Below are positions 25,001 to 35,305 of a DNA stretch of 64,000 bases, piece by piece (the first letter of the stretch is position 1; the number at the start of each line of letters is the position of its first letter). The position numbers were made by a program, and so were the translations under genes. The stretch is taken from positions 470,415-534,414 of the forward strand of contig NW_019217876.1 in NCBI RefSeq assembly GCF_002571385.2, in the 5' to 3' direction. The DNA is from Stylophora pistillata (taxonomy: Eukaryota). The notes beneath the pieces are model-generated. The model saw nothing but the letters and a program-made list of their open reading frames with translations, ran no database searches and was not told the DNA's origin.

Positions 25001-28000
25001 CTCCCTTGAGCAGGTGTAAAGAACAAGGGATAAAGCTCAACCCCAAAAAGTTAATGCCACGTTCCAAAGAAATTCCGTACCTTGGACTCATCAACACAAG
25101 TGACGAACTGAAGCCTGACCCTGACAAAGTCAAAGCAGTCCGGGAGATGCCCGAGCCGAAAGACGTCAAGGCTGTGAAAAGACTTTGTGGTTTTTCGAAC
25201 TATCTGGCAAAGTATCTCCCGCACCTGAGCGACTTAATGGTGCCACTTAGAAAGCTGAACTGCAAGGAGTCTGAGTGGAATTGGACTGAGGAGCATCAAG
25301 CTGCTCTCCAAACTATCAAAGATTTAGTAACAAAGGCGCCACTGCTCAAATACTACGACCCACATTGCCAGAAATCTGGGACAATATGGCGGAGGCGGTT
25401 CTCGTGTTACAAGCAAAATGGCGCCGAAACAGTATAAGACAAAGTATGGGAAAGTATGGACCGCTCGTAAACAGTCGAATATGTTGGCCCACAAATTTTC
25501 CTATTCGCTCCGACGAAGGGCTAACGCTCGAAACGTCAGCTTTTGTAATCGTTGCGGTGGCCAATTTACCATTTCAACTTTGTTGATATATCCAAATTAT
25601 AAAGTATGGAAAAGGATTGTTTTTTCAAAATAGCTGTCTAAGAATGAGATATTCTTTCGCTGCGTACTTGTAAATGCAGCCTGCATCGGTTGAAGCGTCC
25701 ATCGCTACAAAAAAGAAATACTCAAATTCAAGCCTACCTTTTCCCAAGGTATACTAGTAAACTCATAATTCTGACTCCATTTTCCCATACAAACTCTTTA
25801 AATCTGCTTCGACTAGGTGTTACAATTCTTTTGTCGTTGGAAAAACCTTGTGAAGATTCGCAACTGCGTAGTTCGATATGCATTCTGCAGAAGTTTGCTC
25901 AACTAAATCGCTCGTAAACGGTCGAATATGTTGGCCCACAAATTTTCCTCGAGCCGGGAAATTCTTCGTATTTTCACAGAGCTCAAAAGCAAATACACCA
26001 TTTTTAAATACCCCAATTTTAGGAAGGAAGATAACGAAAGATACAAGTCCCAGTAGCTGCACAATTTGGCCGCCATTTTCCTTGTTTCGACTTCTTTAAC
26101 TTTCAGGGATAGAAAGGTACCAGGCTTTTCTCTCGTGGGGTTTTACGATAATAGACAGTTACGTGTTCACTTCACTTCCACCGCCGCCATATTAAATTGT
26201 CTGTAATACGATATACCGCTGACATTTCGTAACGGGCTTGAAATGTCCCCGATTTCTGGTGATGAAGTGCAGAATTCCCCAAACAGTGCGACGCTACTGA
26301 GAAGGGGTTGGGAGCAGTACTACTTCAGAACGGACAACCTGTAGCTTTTGCCAGTCGTGCCCTCACTGAGACCGAACAATGATACGCTCAAATTGAAAAA
26401 GAAATGCTAGGCCCTGTCTTCGCTTCACAGAAGTTTGAGCAGTATGCTTACGGTCGTCCTGTAACCATAGAGACAGACCACAACCCGCTGGAAGCAATTG
26501 ATCAGAAGCCACTCAGGAACGCGCCGAAGAGACTGCAATGGATGTTACTCAAAGTTCAGAAATTCGACATGACGGTCGTCGACAAACCCGGTCCTCAAAT
26601 GTACCTCGCAGACACGCTCAGTCGAGCATACATTCCTGACTTTTAGTAGAAACTCTTAGTCAAGACATTTGTTTTTTGTTCGTTACTGTTATCGTTTTCA
26701 CGTTCAGCGTTCTTTTTTTGTAAGAAGATGTTACGTAATCGTACCATTATGTATGCTGTAGTTAATATTTACATGTAATATGATCCCTTGGATCGCTCTC
26801 TTTGCCACGTGTTTGACAATGGCGATTTTGTTCTATTAAACTTCTTGAACTTAACAAAGACTTCATTATGATATCCGTGATAATGATGATGATGATGATA
26901 ATCATAATGGGTGGTAGCAAAGTTGTTACGATGGTGATGGTGTTGGTGAAAACTAATCAGATGAAGAAAGTTGAAAATGAAGACCAAGAAGAAGGAAAGA
27001 GAGAAGACCTGAAGAGGACCAAAAAGAAGGACGAGTGCCAATGATAACAATAAAAACAACAACAAAATAAAGAATAAAGATGTTAAGGAGAAGGAAAAAG
27101 GAAGGTAAGGAAAAAAGATGAAAGCAAGTATTTCAAAATAAAGAGAATACAAGGAAGGGATATAGACAACGTAGGAAGAGAGGAAGAGGGGTAGAATAAT
27201 GTTACAACGGAGATGTACATATCAATGCAGATAACAATCTGATGGATGGGAAAATATGTCAAAAGGGACTTGGGTTAATTTTTTTTACCTGCATACCCCG
27301 CACAGACTACAGTGGTAAGGTTCCAGGCTAGCACTTCCTTCAGTGTCAATCAAAAGTTTACATTCTGGACAGAAATAACTGGCAAATGTTTTCCCACATG
27401 ACTCCTTTTCACACCTTTGACAAAACTGTCGAGAAAATTGTGTTGGTATCAATACCACAAAAACAGCATAAAACCAAAAATAACAAAATAGTGTTCCACA
27501 GTGTCAACGTCAAAATCCATTTAACTTGATGGCATGAAAATAGGAGGAGTTTTATCTGCCTCAAAAATTGTACACGAAAATCAGTTAAAAGGGCTATCTA
27601 TCTCTCTAACAAATAAGGATAAATGTGGTGGACTACAGAAATCACCTTTGACTGTATGTGGTTGCATGCTGTGCACTTTAGGCGATCTCCATCTTGTGCT
27701 TTAACCAGTAAATGCTCCTTTTTAGTAACCAATGAGAGATGGGAATTATTTTCATCATTTCCTTGCATCATATTTTTTCTGAGACCAATCTCTTTATTGT
27801 TCTTCAGTTGATCTGATGATCCATCAGTAGTATTTGGACTTTCTTCCTTTATGTCACTAGTTGATGCATCATCTGTTATACCTAAATATTTTACCATATG
27901 ATTGTTTAAAGATAGACAGTCTATACTGAGGACGAAACCATAACTTCTACAGAGCATGGTAAACTCACAGATTAATTCAAATGTGCCTGTGGCTTCAATA

Positions 28001-29881
28001 TCAGTTAGTCGCTTTGTTTTGTCTAATTTTCCTTGTTATTTGTTTAATTATTATTTTTTTTTTTGGTTTCTCTGTTTTTTAAATTGTTTTGTGAGTTGAA
28101 ATAAATGATTATTTGTACTTAAGCCTTACACTCTGGAAGATCCATTCTGAGTAGAAAGAAGCAAATATCGTGCATTCTAAGCCATTAAGAGTCCTCATCA
28201 AATTAATGTCCAATAGACTGACATAATGTCATCAACTTTAATCTGTTTCTTTTAAAAAAAGAGAAGCTTAAATGTTGCCATCATATTTTTCCAGGGTGGT
28301 TTGTAACTATCTCAAGATTCAAAGTACATCTTAAAATTTCTGTAAAAATAAATATAACTAACATGGATGTATATAGAGATCTTTAAATTACCCTAAAGTT
28401 AGAAATCTTATTGCAATCTAAGGCAAAAAGAGGTCACATCGAAATGAAAGGGGCCAACCTCTATTTTACAATAAAATCTAAAGTTATTAACCTTCGAGTT
28501 CTCCGGCACCTTCTGCTGCTTGGCCGGAAGACCTTACCGTGGAAATGCTTTCTTCTCTTACCAGGCACCATTCTTCAAAACCATTAAGTTTTGACAAGCT
28601 TGTCTCTGTGTTTGAGGAAGTTTCATGTGCATCACTCTGCATGTTACATAAGGAAAAAGAACATGATAATATTCAGAGTATTACTAGGAAACTGATTTTA
28701 GTTAACAACTGCATTGACTAAGGTTGAGTGGCCAAACTCAAATTTTAAATGCATTCATTCCCAATGGTGGTGTAAAGGAGGCATAAGAAGTACATTTTGT
28801 AAACTGTATTCATTATATAGCCCTATATTGATTTGTATTAATTGTTGGATGTACAGAATAGGATATGTGGAGGTAAAGGGATGAAAGCTGTTTAATTTTA
28901 TGGAGGGAGAACGGTGACGTTAAAAATTTTTCAAAAAATGGAAGGGACGGGGGCTTTATAAATTTGATAAGTTTTGGAGTGTTTAACCTTGAAAGCAAAC
29001 TTTCCTTAAACATTGGGTGAGGTATGTGAGATACGCTCACATTCTTTTTTTATACATGAAAACTACCTGTCCAGGTTTGATTTAGCCCGGACCCATAAAA
29101 ATTGGGGGGAGGCCCTCCTACCCCAATCCTGAGCATGTATTTTGTCAGTCTATTCAGATCATGCAGATAGGTTTTTCTTAGTGACTATAGCATTCGCTTA
29201 TTTACATATACCTCTTCTTCTTTTCTACAAAGAGTAGTATTTTGACTTTGATTGTTTTCCCCACAAACTGAATTTTCTACCTCCATTCCGGACAAAACCT
29301 TGTTGTCCCCATTTCGCAAGGTTTCGTAGTCAGTGGCTGTTTCGTTGTTTTCGCCATTGGGTGCATCTGAATTTTTAGCTCTTGATTCCATTTTGGCATC
29401 ATCAAATGCAACAGTACGTGGGGAAGCTATGGTCGACAAAACGCCGAAGTCAGATATTAGATAGTTTATTGGAAAAGAGAGAATAAGGTTCAAAACTGTA
29501 AGATAGTTTTTGAGTAAACTTCTACCTTCGAGCTCATGGCTAATTCCAGTGGAATTTGAACTACCCTCTCCCAAATCGTCTCGTTCCTCTGTTATATCAC
29601 TCTCCACGAAAATATCTTCTGAATTATCCACTGATGGTTTCTCGTTCTCTTGCCTTTCTAAGGAGTCATTGTGGCATTTGTGGCAAGGATACCACTCATC
29701 GCAGCACGTGAAGTGAATCACACAAGTGTTCCGCTGGAAATGTGGACAATTAAAGGACTCCCTGAAAACCCAAGGGAATTATCAAAGATAGCATTAAGAA
29801 TGGAGGAAATATTGTTGGGGAGCGTTTGTCAAAGAAAATAGACTACCTAATGCAAGACTCAGGCTCTCCATGTGTTTCCAT
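21943..29881 (-). CDS. RCHY1-like: RCHY1/Pirh2-like CHY + CTCHY + RING-H2 zinc-finger protein (~516-549 aa), probable E3 ubiquitin ligase
   Basis: Phase-compatible exons 29881-29847, 29761-29212 (possible 99-nt intron 29525-29427), 28636-28492, 27881-27646, 27425-27289, 23777-23660, 23102-23020, 22288-21943. Motifs CPHF..TCCDEWYPCHKCHND, KCTACNHIQ, FASYFCPECKL..YHCSLCGVCR, FHCDTCNVC..HKC, and RING-H2 CAIC..LPCFHMIHGDC..CPTC. Confidence 0.85.
23940..26650 (+). mobile_element. Decayed Ty3/Gypsy LTR-retrotransposon pol fragment (protease, RT, RNase H) in an RCHY1-like intron
   Basis: FQVDCGATVNVI (aspartic protease), PPRRVPIAL, LRVCID and GYWH (RT), VAFASRALTETE..YAQIEKE and ETDHNPL (RNase H); frameshifts and stops; no LTRs seen. 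Confidence 0.92.
25361..26269. mobile_element. Non-autonomous TIR element (CAC..GTG ends) nested in the Gypsy pol
   Basis: Interrupts pol between KYYDP and QCDA; imperfect TIRs cacattgccagaaatctgggaca / tgtccccgatttctggtgatgaagtg. Confidence 0.65.
26860..27200. repeat. Low-complexity GAT/GAA-rich simple sequence
   Basis: Runs of gat, aac and gaa triplets; explains the spurious ORF 26769-27152. Confidence 0.8.
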
Positions 29882-29994
29882 TATCCACCTCTTTCCTTCT
29901 CGATTCTTGCGCCAGATTTGTTACCACTTTAACAGACGAAGAAAGACTGAGGCGATGGCGTTGGAACGACGGTCATTTACAATCAACCGAATTC

Positions 29995-30059
29995 GGGACT
30001 TTTCCCGCATCAAAGGGACTTTCCCCACATCAAAGGGACTTTCCCAAGGGAAATTTCCC
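29995..30059. promoter_or_regulatory. Cluster of four NF-kB-like sites, two overlapped by TCF/LEF motifs
   Basis: GGGACTTTTCCC at 29995, GGGACTTTCC at 30015 and 30035 (exact Ig-kappa kB site), GGGAAATTTCCC at 30048; ATCAAAG at 30009 and 30029; about 115-180 bp upstream of the RCHY1-like ATG. Confidence 0.65.
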
Positions 30060-30287
30060 AAACGAGTAACTTCCTGTTCTGTGGTCCGACGAAACTGGGC
30101 TCATTAATTCATTATGTTTCTGTTTAAGACTCATTTGATTCCCAACTAGTTACTTGTATCTACACTTTTGTTGTATTTTCTTTTGAAGAGGAACAAATTC
30201 ATTTCTGGTTTTATCTTTTTGGTCTTTCCAAAACAAGAAATGCTGAGATCGTCTTTCAACATGAAAGGGAAAACCCCAACCTATAAT

Positions 30288-30545
30288 CCTTTGTTCTGTT
30301 GTTTATGTCGCGCAACATCGTTTCGTTGCAAGTTTTCGGTCGATGTTTCACGTTTTTCACTTTGCGGGATCAACTTATCGCGCAAATACAATATTTGTTG
30401 CGGGTTGAAGAAAGCTTTGCGAAAAGAAGAGCGCATGTCTACTTTGAGCAACAAAGTTTGCCTTTGTTAGTCGTCTGTCATCTAATTCACAACTTGCCAC
30501 GCAACAAATTTGCTCATGTTGCGCGACAAGTTGAGGGTTTTTGTC
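30288..30545. repeat. Interspersed repeat / MITE fragment in the intergenic promoter
   Basis: Repeated tcgcgcaac / caacttg motifs typical of a dispersed element; ends not resolved. Confidence 0.4.
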
Positions 30546-30705
30546 GACTAAAACCCAGCTAACTTAAGATTATTTAAATTTATCTGCGCTCTATACTGTT
30601 TTCTTCTTAAGATGAATAGTGTATTTCTCGTTTTATTTTATCTTGTGTTCGTATCAAAAACTGATTATAAGCATATTTCTCTTTCGATTCCGGCGAAAGT
30701 TTAAA

Positions 30706-30767
30706 GGGAAAAATCCCTTCAGGTATCACCCAATCACGTTAAGGGACAAAACCCGTGGGAAAATCCC
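30706..30767. promoter_or_regulatory. Second group of kB-like sites upstream of the plus-strand orphan gene
   Basis: GGGAAAAATCCC at 30706, GGGACAAAACCC at 30743, GGGAAAATCCC at 30757 (plus GGGAAAACCCC at 30267). Confidence 0.5.
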
Positions 30768-30968
30768 ACTTCAACCCATATTTAGTGAGCGACGACGTTA
30801 GGCTTGAACAAAATTTGCAGGGGCCGACAGTGGACTTCACAGATCTTGAAAAGTGTGATCGTTTGAATGTTAACCCGAAAGGTATTTGTACCAAAAAAAT
30901 GTATCAGATAATAATTCATAATTTTAGCCGGTTGATTGTTTGTAGCCTTACTAATTTTTTTTTTCAGG

Positions 30969-33900
30969 ATGGGCAATAGTTTCAGCGTGGACAATTTCAG
31001 AGATGGCTACACCAAATTGAAAAATTGGCTCGTGAAATGTCTCACGGAAGCAAAAGCTGCCCTCAAACGTATTTTTGAGCGCGCAATCGCTGGAATCCAG
31101 TGGTTATGGAAAGGTGTATTGTCCGCCGTGGAATTTTTAGGTTTGCGGAAGAGGAGAGCGGAGGCCGCCTGTGGTGCTGATGGTCAGGAGGTATGTTCTC
31201 TTATTTGAGTTCGTTTTTGAAAGAAACATTGCTCGAGGAAAAGTTTACTTCTCTTCCCTGGTATTTGTATGTGCTTGCTGCTAATACGTTTTATTTTCAT
31301 GTAAGGCCAGACCGTAGATAATAAAGAAGGACCTTTTAGGTGTAGCAGAGCAAGTCAATAATGTAGGATTATACAGCTGCTATTCATACACGAAAGATCG
31401 ATTGGTTCAGTCATATGGTTACACCAAAATGCATGATCACAGTGTCCCACAGTTAAATATACAAAACAGAATAGTCCTTGTAACGTCCCGGATCTCTTGC
31501 ACGAAGTCTATTACACGGTAGCATCATATTATTACCTCATATTTCCGGAGATAAACTTTTCAAATATAATTCAATTTCGGTGTCGTTCCGTCATATTATG
31601 AAATAGTTTGTAAGGGAAAGATCTGACTTTTGTTTCTTAGGTAAGGGATAATCATTCTGATTTCCAGAAAGAATAATATCTGTTACCTTAGTCCTGTTAA
31701 ATGAAATTGTACTGGGTGAAGGGAAAGAAACAGGAATCCTGAAAAGGCAACGTGACTGTTATGATGAAAAATGGTAAATAACTATAGAAAATAAATAAAT
31801 GATGAATAACGCAAACAGGGACAGACCACATTTTCTTCACCATTTTATTTCGCTGTAGTCAAACTCTTCTGAAAGGAGGTTCTGTCTAGATTTGGGGTTT
31901 TATCAACTGAGTTGATAATGTAAATTAGCCACCGTAAAGAAAAGTTAACAACTCAGTTGATAAAACCCCAATTACCTTGTTGCTCCCACAGACGAAACAC
32001 CAGAAATTCTTTAGAAGCTTACACCCTTTATTCTATCTAGATTGTTCGCGCAATATTTTGAAAAGCAAATATCGAAACATCTAAAGACATCTAATAATGT
32101 TCCACTCGGTCTATCTGAAGAGTTTCAAAGAGGAAACATTTTTTTACTGAAACGTGTTTCCAGGTGTTGTAGAAAATTGTTTGGTAATCAACCTCAATCA
32201 GTCTGTATTCGCCCACAAAGAAATTTTGTCTAAACAAGGAGTAATTTGTAAGAGCACGGTATCCCTTACTAAACACGAGTTCTCAATAACCCCTCGCAAG
32301 ATTAACGAAGAAAACCCATTTTGTGAATTTTATTTTACAGTTACATTAATCCTAAGGATGCTGTGTCAGTGTTGGCGCAGACTACAGTCACTTTCAAAAC
32401 ATTTGAGAATTAAGAAATCAACGTTTGCTTCGTTCGCTCTGCTGTCTGTTTTGTTTTGCAAGAGACGGAACAGCATATGTAAGCTTTACAGCCTTTTCGC
32501 TATTTTTGATAGCGTACTTACAGTTGCTTAACATTTTTCCCTATTCAAGGAAACACTTATTAAGGTCGCAAGATTTCGCCACTGTGCATTTGTATCAATT
32601 AACGCATTTCTTATTAATCAGGGCATCAGATTTTAGTCGAAGCGATAACGCAGGAAAATGTCACCGTTACCTTCATTTAAATAAACTGGAGAGATTACTC
32701 CAGATTTTACATCCCTTAAATATTGCAATGTAAGTAATGCCACCAATGCAATGAAGTTTTACTACCTGAGTCAGTGATAGTTCTATGATTGAACATGCAT
32801 TCAACAATTAAACCAAATTCAACTTAATGCAAAAATGACCACAGAAATAAACCATCAATCCAACAACAGGTTCCTGAAGAGACCTCTGAGGAGAGCGAAT
32901 TACGAGCACCTGTGCAAGAGGAAAGTAAGTCAATGTATTCGAAATTTAATCTACACTACACAACACTACACTTCACTATACTTCACTTCGTACTTTTATA
33001 GTCTATTGGGTGTATTAGCTGCGAAGCGTTTCTTTTCAAATTATTTTCTTCAACGCCTAATTTTTGATACTGCTATATTCTGTTGAAATCTGGTGAGGTA
33101 AAAGGTAAGTATCCCTTGAAAAAAAGATGAAACCCTTTGAAAGCCTCTTTGTCGATGACTCCAATTGGTACCAGTAGTGAACGCAACCTGAGAGCACATA
33201 TAAGTCTCATTCGTTCTAACATCCTTACACTTATAACATTAAGAAAAATTGATTGTTTTTAACCAATTTGTCTTATCTGTTCTTTGCTTTACACGAGGCA
33301 ACCAGGTGACAGCAGAAACTGATCAAGTCTCGGTTAAATCTAACCTTTTGACCGAGGAGGAAGAGGTTAGAGAGGAACAGTGTCTCCTTTTCATGGAGAA
33401 CGCTGCTGATACTATGAAAAACTACGCCAACAGTTACAGGCAAATGAAAGAAGAACACAGGCAACACGGAAATAATGAAATTTTAGGTAATGAGCTTCGA
33501 ATGTTCTTCTTTCAGAATCATTTATCAAGTCAAAAAACCTACCATTTCGTAACAATTGAGGAAGGACACTCACGTGAGATATGGTGGCTTTAATTTTTTC
33601 ACGTATAACTGTTGTGGTTGGAATGTTGTTGGGCTTAAGAGAAGTGCGCTTTACTCTCGAATAAGAGGTCGGATGCGAGTCCTTCACAGTGCCTCTCTCC
33701 TACATACGCCAAGAATATAATTGGGTACCTGTAAACTCTCTGGAAACTATAACTGGAGGGGTAATATCCCGTTTAAGAGGAATTGCAACAATCGTATTCG
33801 CTTCACTCCAGGTAAGCTCTGGCAGTAACGGTCTGCTAGATGCTTTAGGCTTACCTTTTTAGGTTGCCGGGTGCTTATTGCGTACATCGTATCCGTCATT

Positions 33901-34294
33901 TAAAAAAGGCCGTCCTCTGGGCGCATATATTCAGAGCCATTCAGAAGGGCTTATATAAAGGGGTTTGATATTCGAGGAATATTTTTGTTTTTAAGGGTCG
34001 ACCAGGCTTATGATTAGAAAGTAATAAGTATAAAAAGTTTGTGAATTTAAACGTGACAATACTCGGGCGTTAACTTCAGACACTACGGCAAACATTCAAC
34101 ATTGTGTATTAAAAAGGGGGCAGAGTTATTAGCACCCGCAGAGTTGTTTGTTACAGAAATTAATTTTTTTCCATTTGTTTTCAGCACGCAAACTGGACCG
34201 TTTGAACAGGGATCCCGCTGTCAAGAATGCTATAATGCTTGCCAAGAATTTCCTACACGGTCAAAACAGAATCCCTGAAAATGTATGCCTGTAG
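30969..34294 (+). CDS. Uncharacterised ~191-aa protein with N-myristoylation-like start and amphipathic helix
   Basis: Exons 30969-31190 (MGNSFS...ADGQE), 32870-32924, 33298-33486 and 34185-34294 (...IPENVCL*) are phase-compatible GT-AG; the acceptor at 32869 is weak. Confidence 0.6.
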
Positions 34295-35305
34295 TCACTA
34301 AGGTGTCTTAAAATGGTTTGCTATCACCATCATTGCCACCAACCCTTTTACATTAATTACTGATGTGACTTAAGGTGACCATTTTTTCTTCATATATATA
34401 AATTTACCATGGCAACATGTATGTCATACAACATCTTTCAGTATTGAATTTTTTAAAGAACCTCGCAGAAAGATTTATCTTGCTTGTTAGGTTCATTCCA
34501 AGTTCAACTACAAGCGAACGAGAATCTCCGCAACTTGTTAGATTGGGAATTAGGATTTTGCACCATATTGGCGATTAAGTTATTCTCATCCTCAGAGTTA
34601 CATCATAGAAGCTACGGATTTAAGTTTGTTAGAAGTATTTCATCGAACTTAGCTAAGTACGTATAAAATTAAGGTATCGTGAGTAATTGCTCAACTGCTG
34701 TTTGTTATTGCATATCAAGGAGTCACGCTTTTGTAGAAGTAAAATATATGTGGACTGATTGTGTGATTTGATGAGAAATTTAAACATTAAAAGGGTGGCA
34801 TGATTGAGGCTGTGTTTCTGATTTTCTCATTAGAGTTCCCTGTGGTACATGTATGCCTGCTTAGCTACTGTTCTACCTTCGGATCAAAAAACTTAGCAGA
34901 TATTTCACTTTCCTCTATGCAAAGCGGGTCGAAAGCAAAGAGTGGTTAGGGCATTGAACTGAATGAGTTGGTTCTGACGGAGTAATTTGATAAGTTCAAA
35001 AGGTTAGTCATTAACAAATGCGACGTTTTCAAAGGAATTGTACTTTTCGCTCATTTGCACCTTGAGAATTGGGCTACTTTAGTCACTTATTCCAATATAG
35101 ATAGGGTATTGAACTGAGGGGGTTGGTTCGGACCTATTAATGTGAAGTGGCTTATCCTTCTGGCAAAAAGATATACCTGGAAGTGATTTTCGTTAAAGCA
35201 ACATATATTAATTTTGAGGTGGATTGATGATACCAACGCATAGTAAAATAAGGACATTGGAAATGTCTTTCAACAACCGTTTATTTCAAACTAAAAACCA
35301 TTCCC

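Noticed and set aside
26769-27152. Hydrophobic, His-rich 127-aa ORF
   Set aside because: Antisense reading of GAA/GAT simple repeats.
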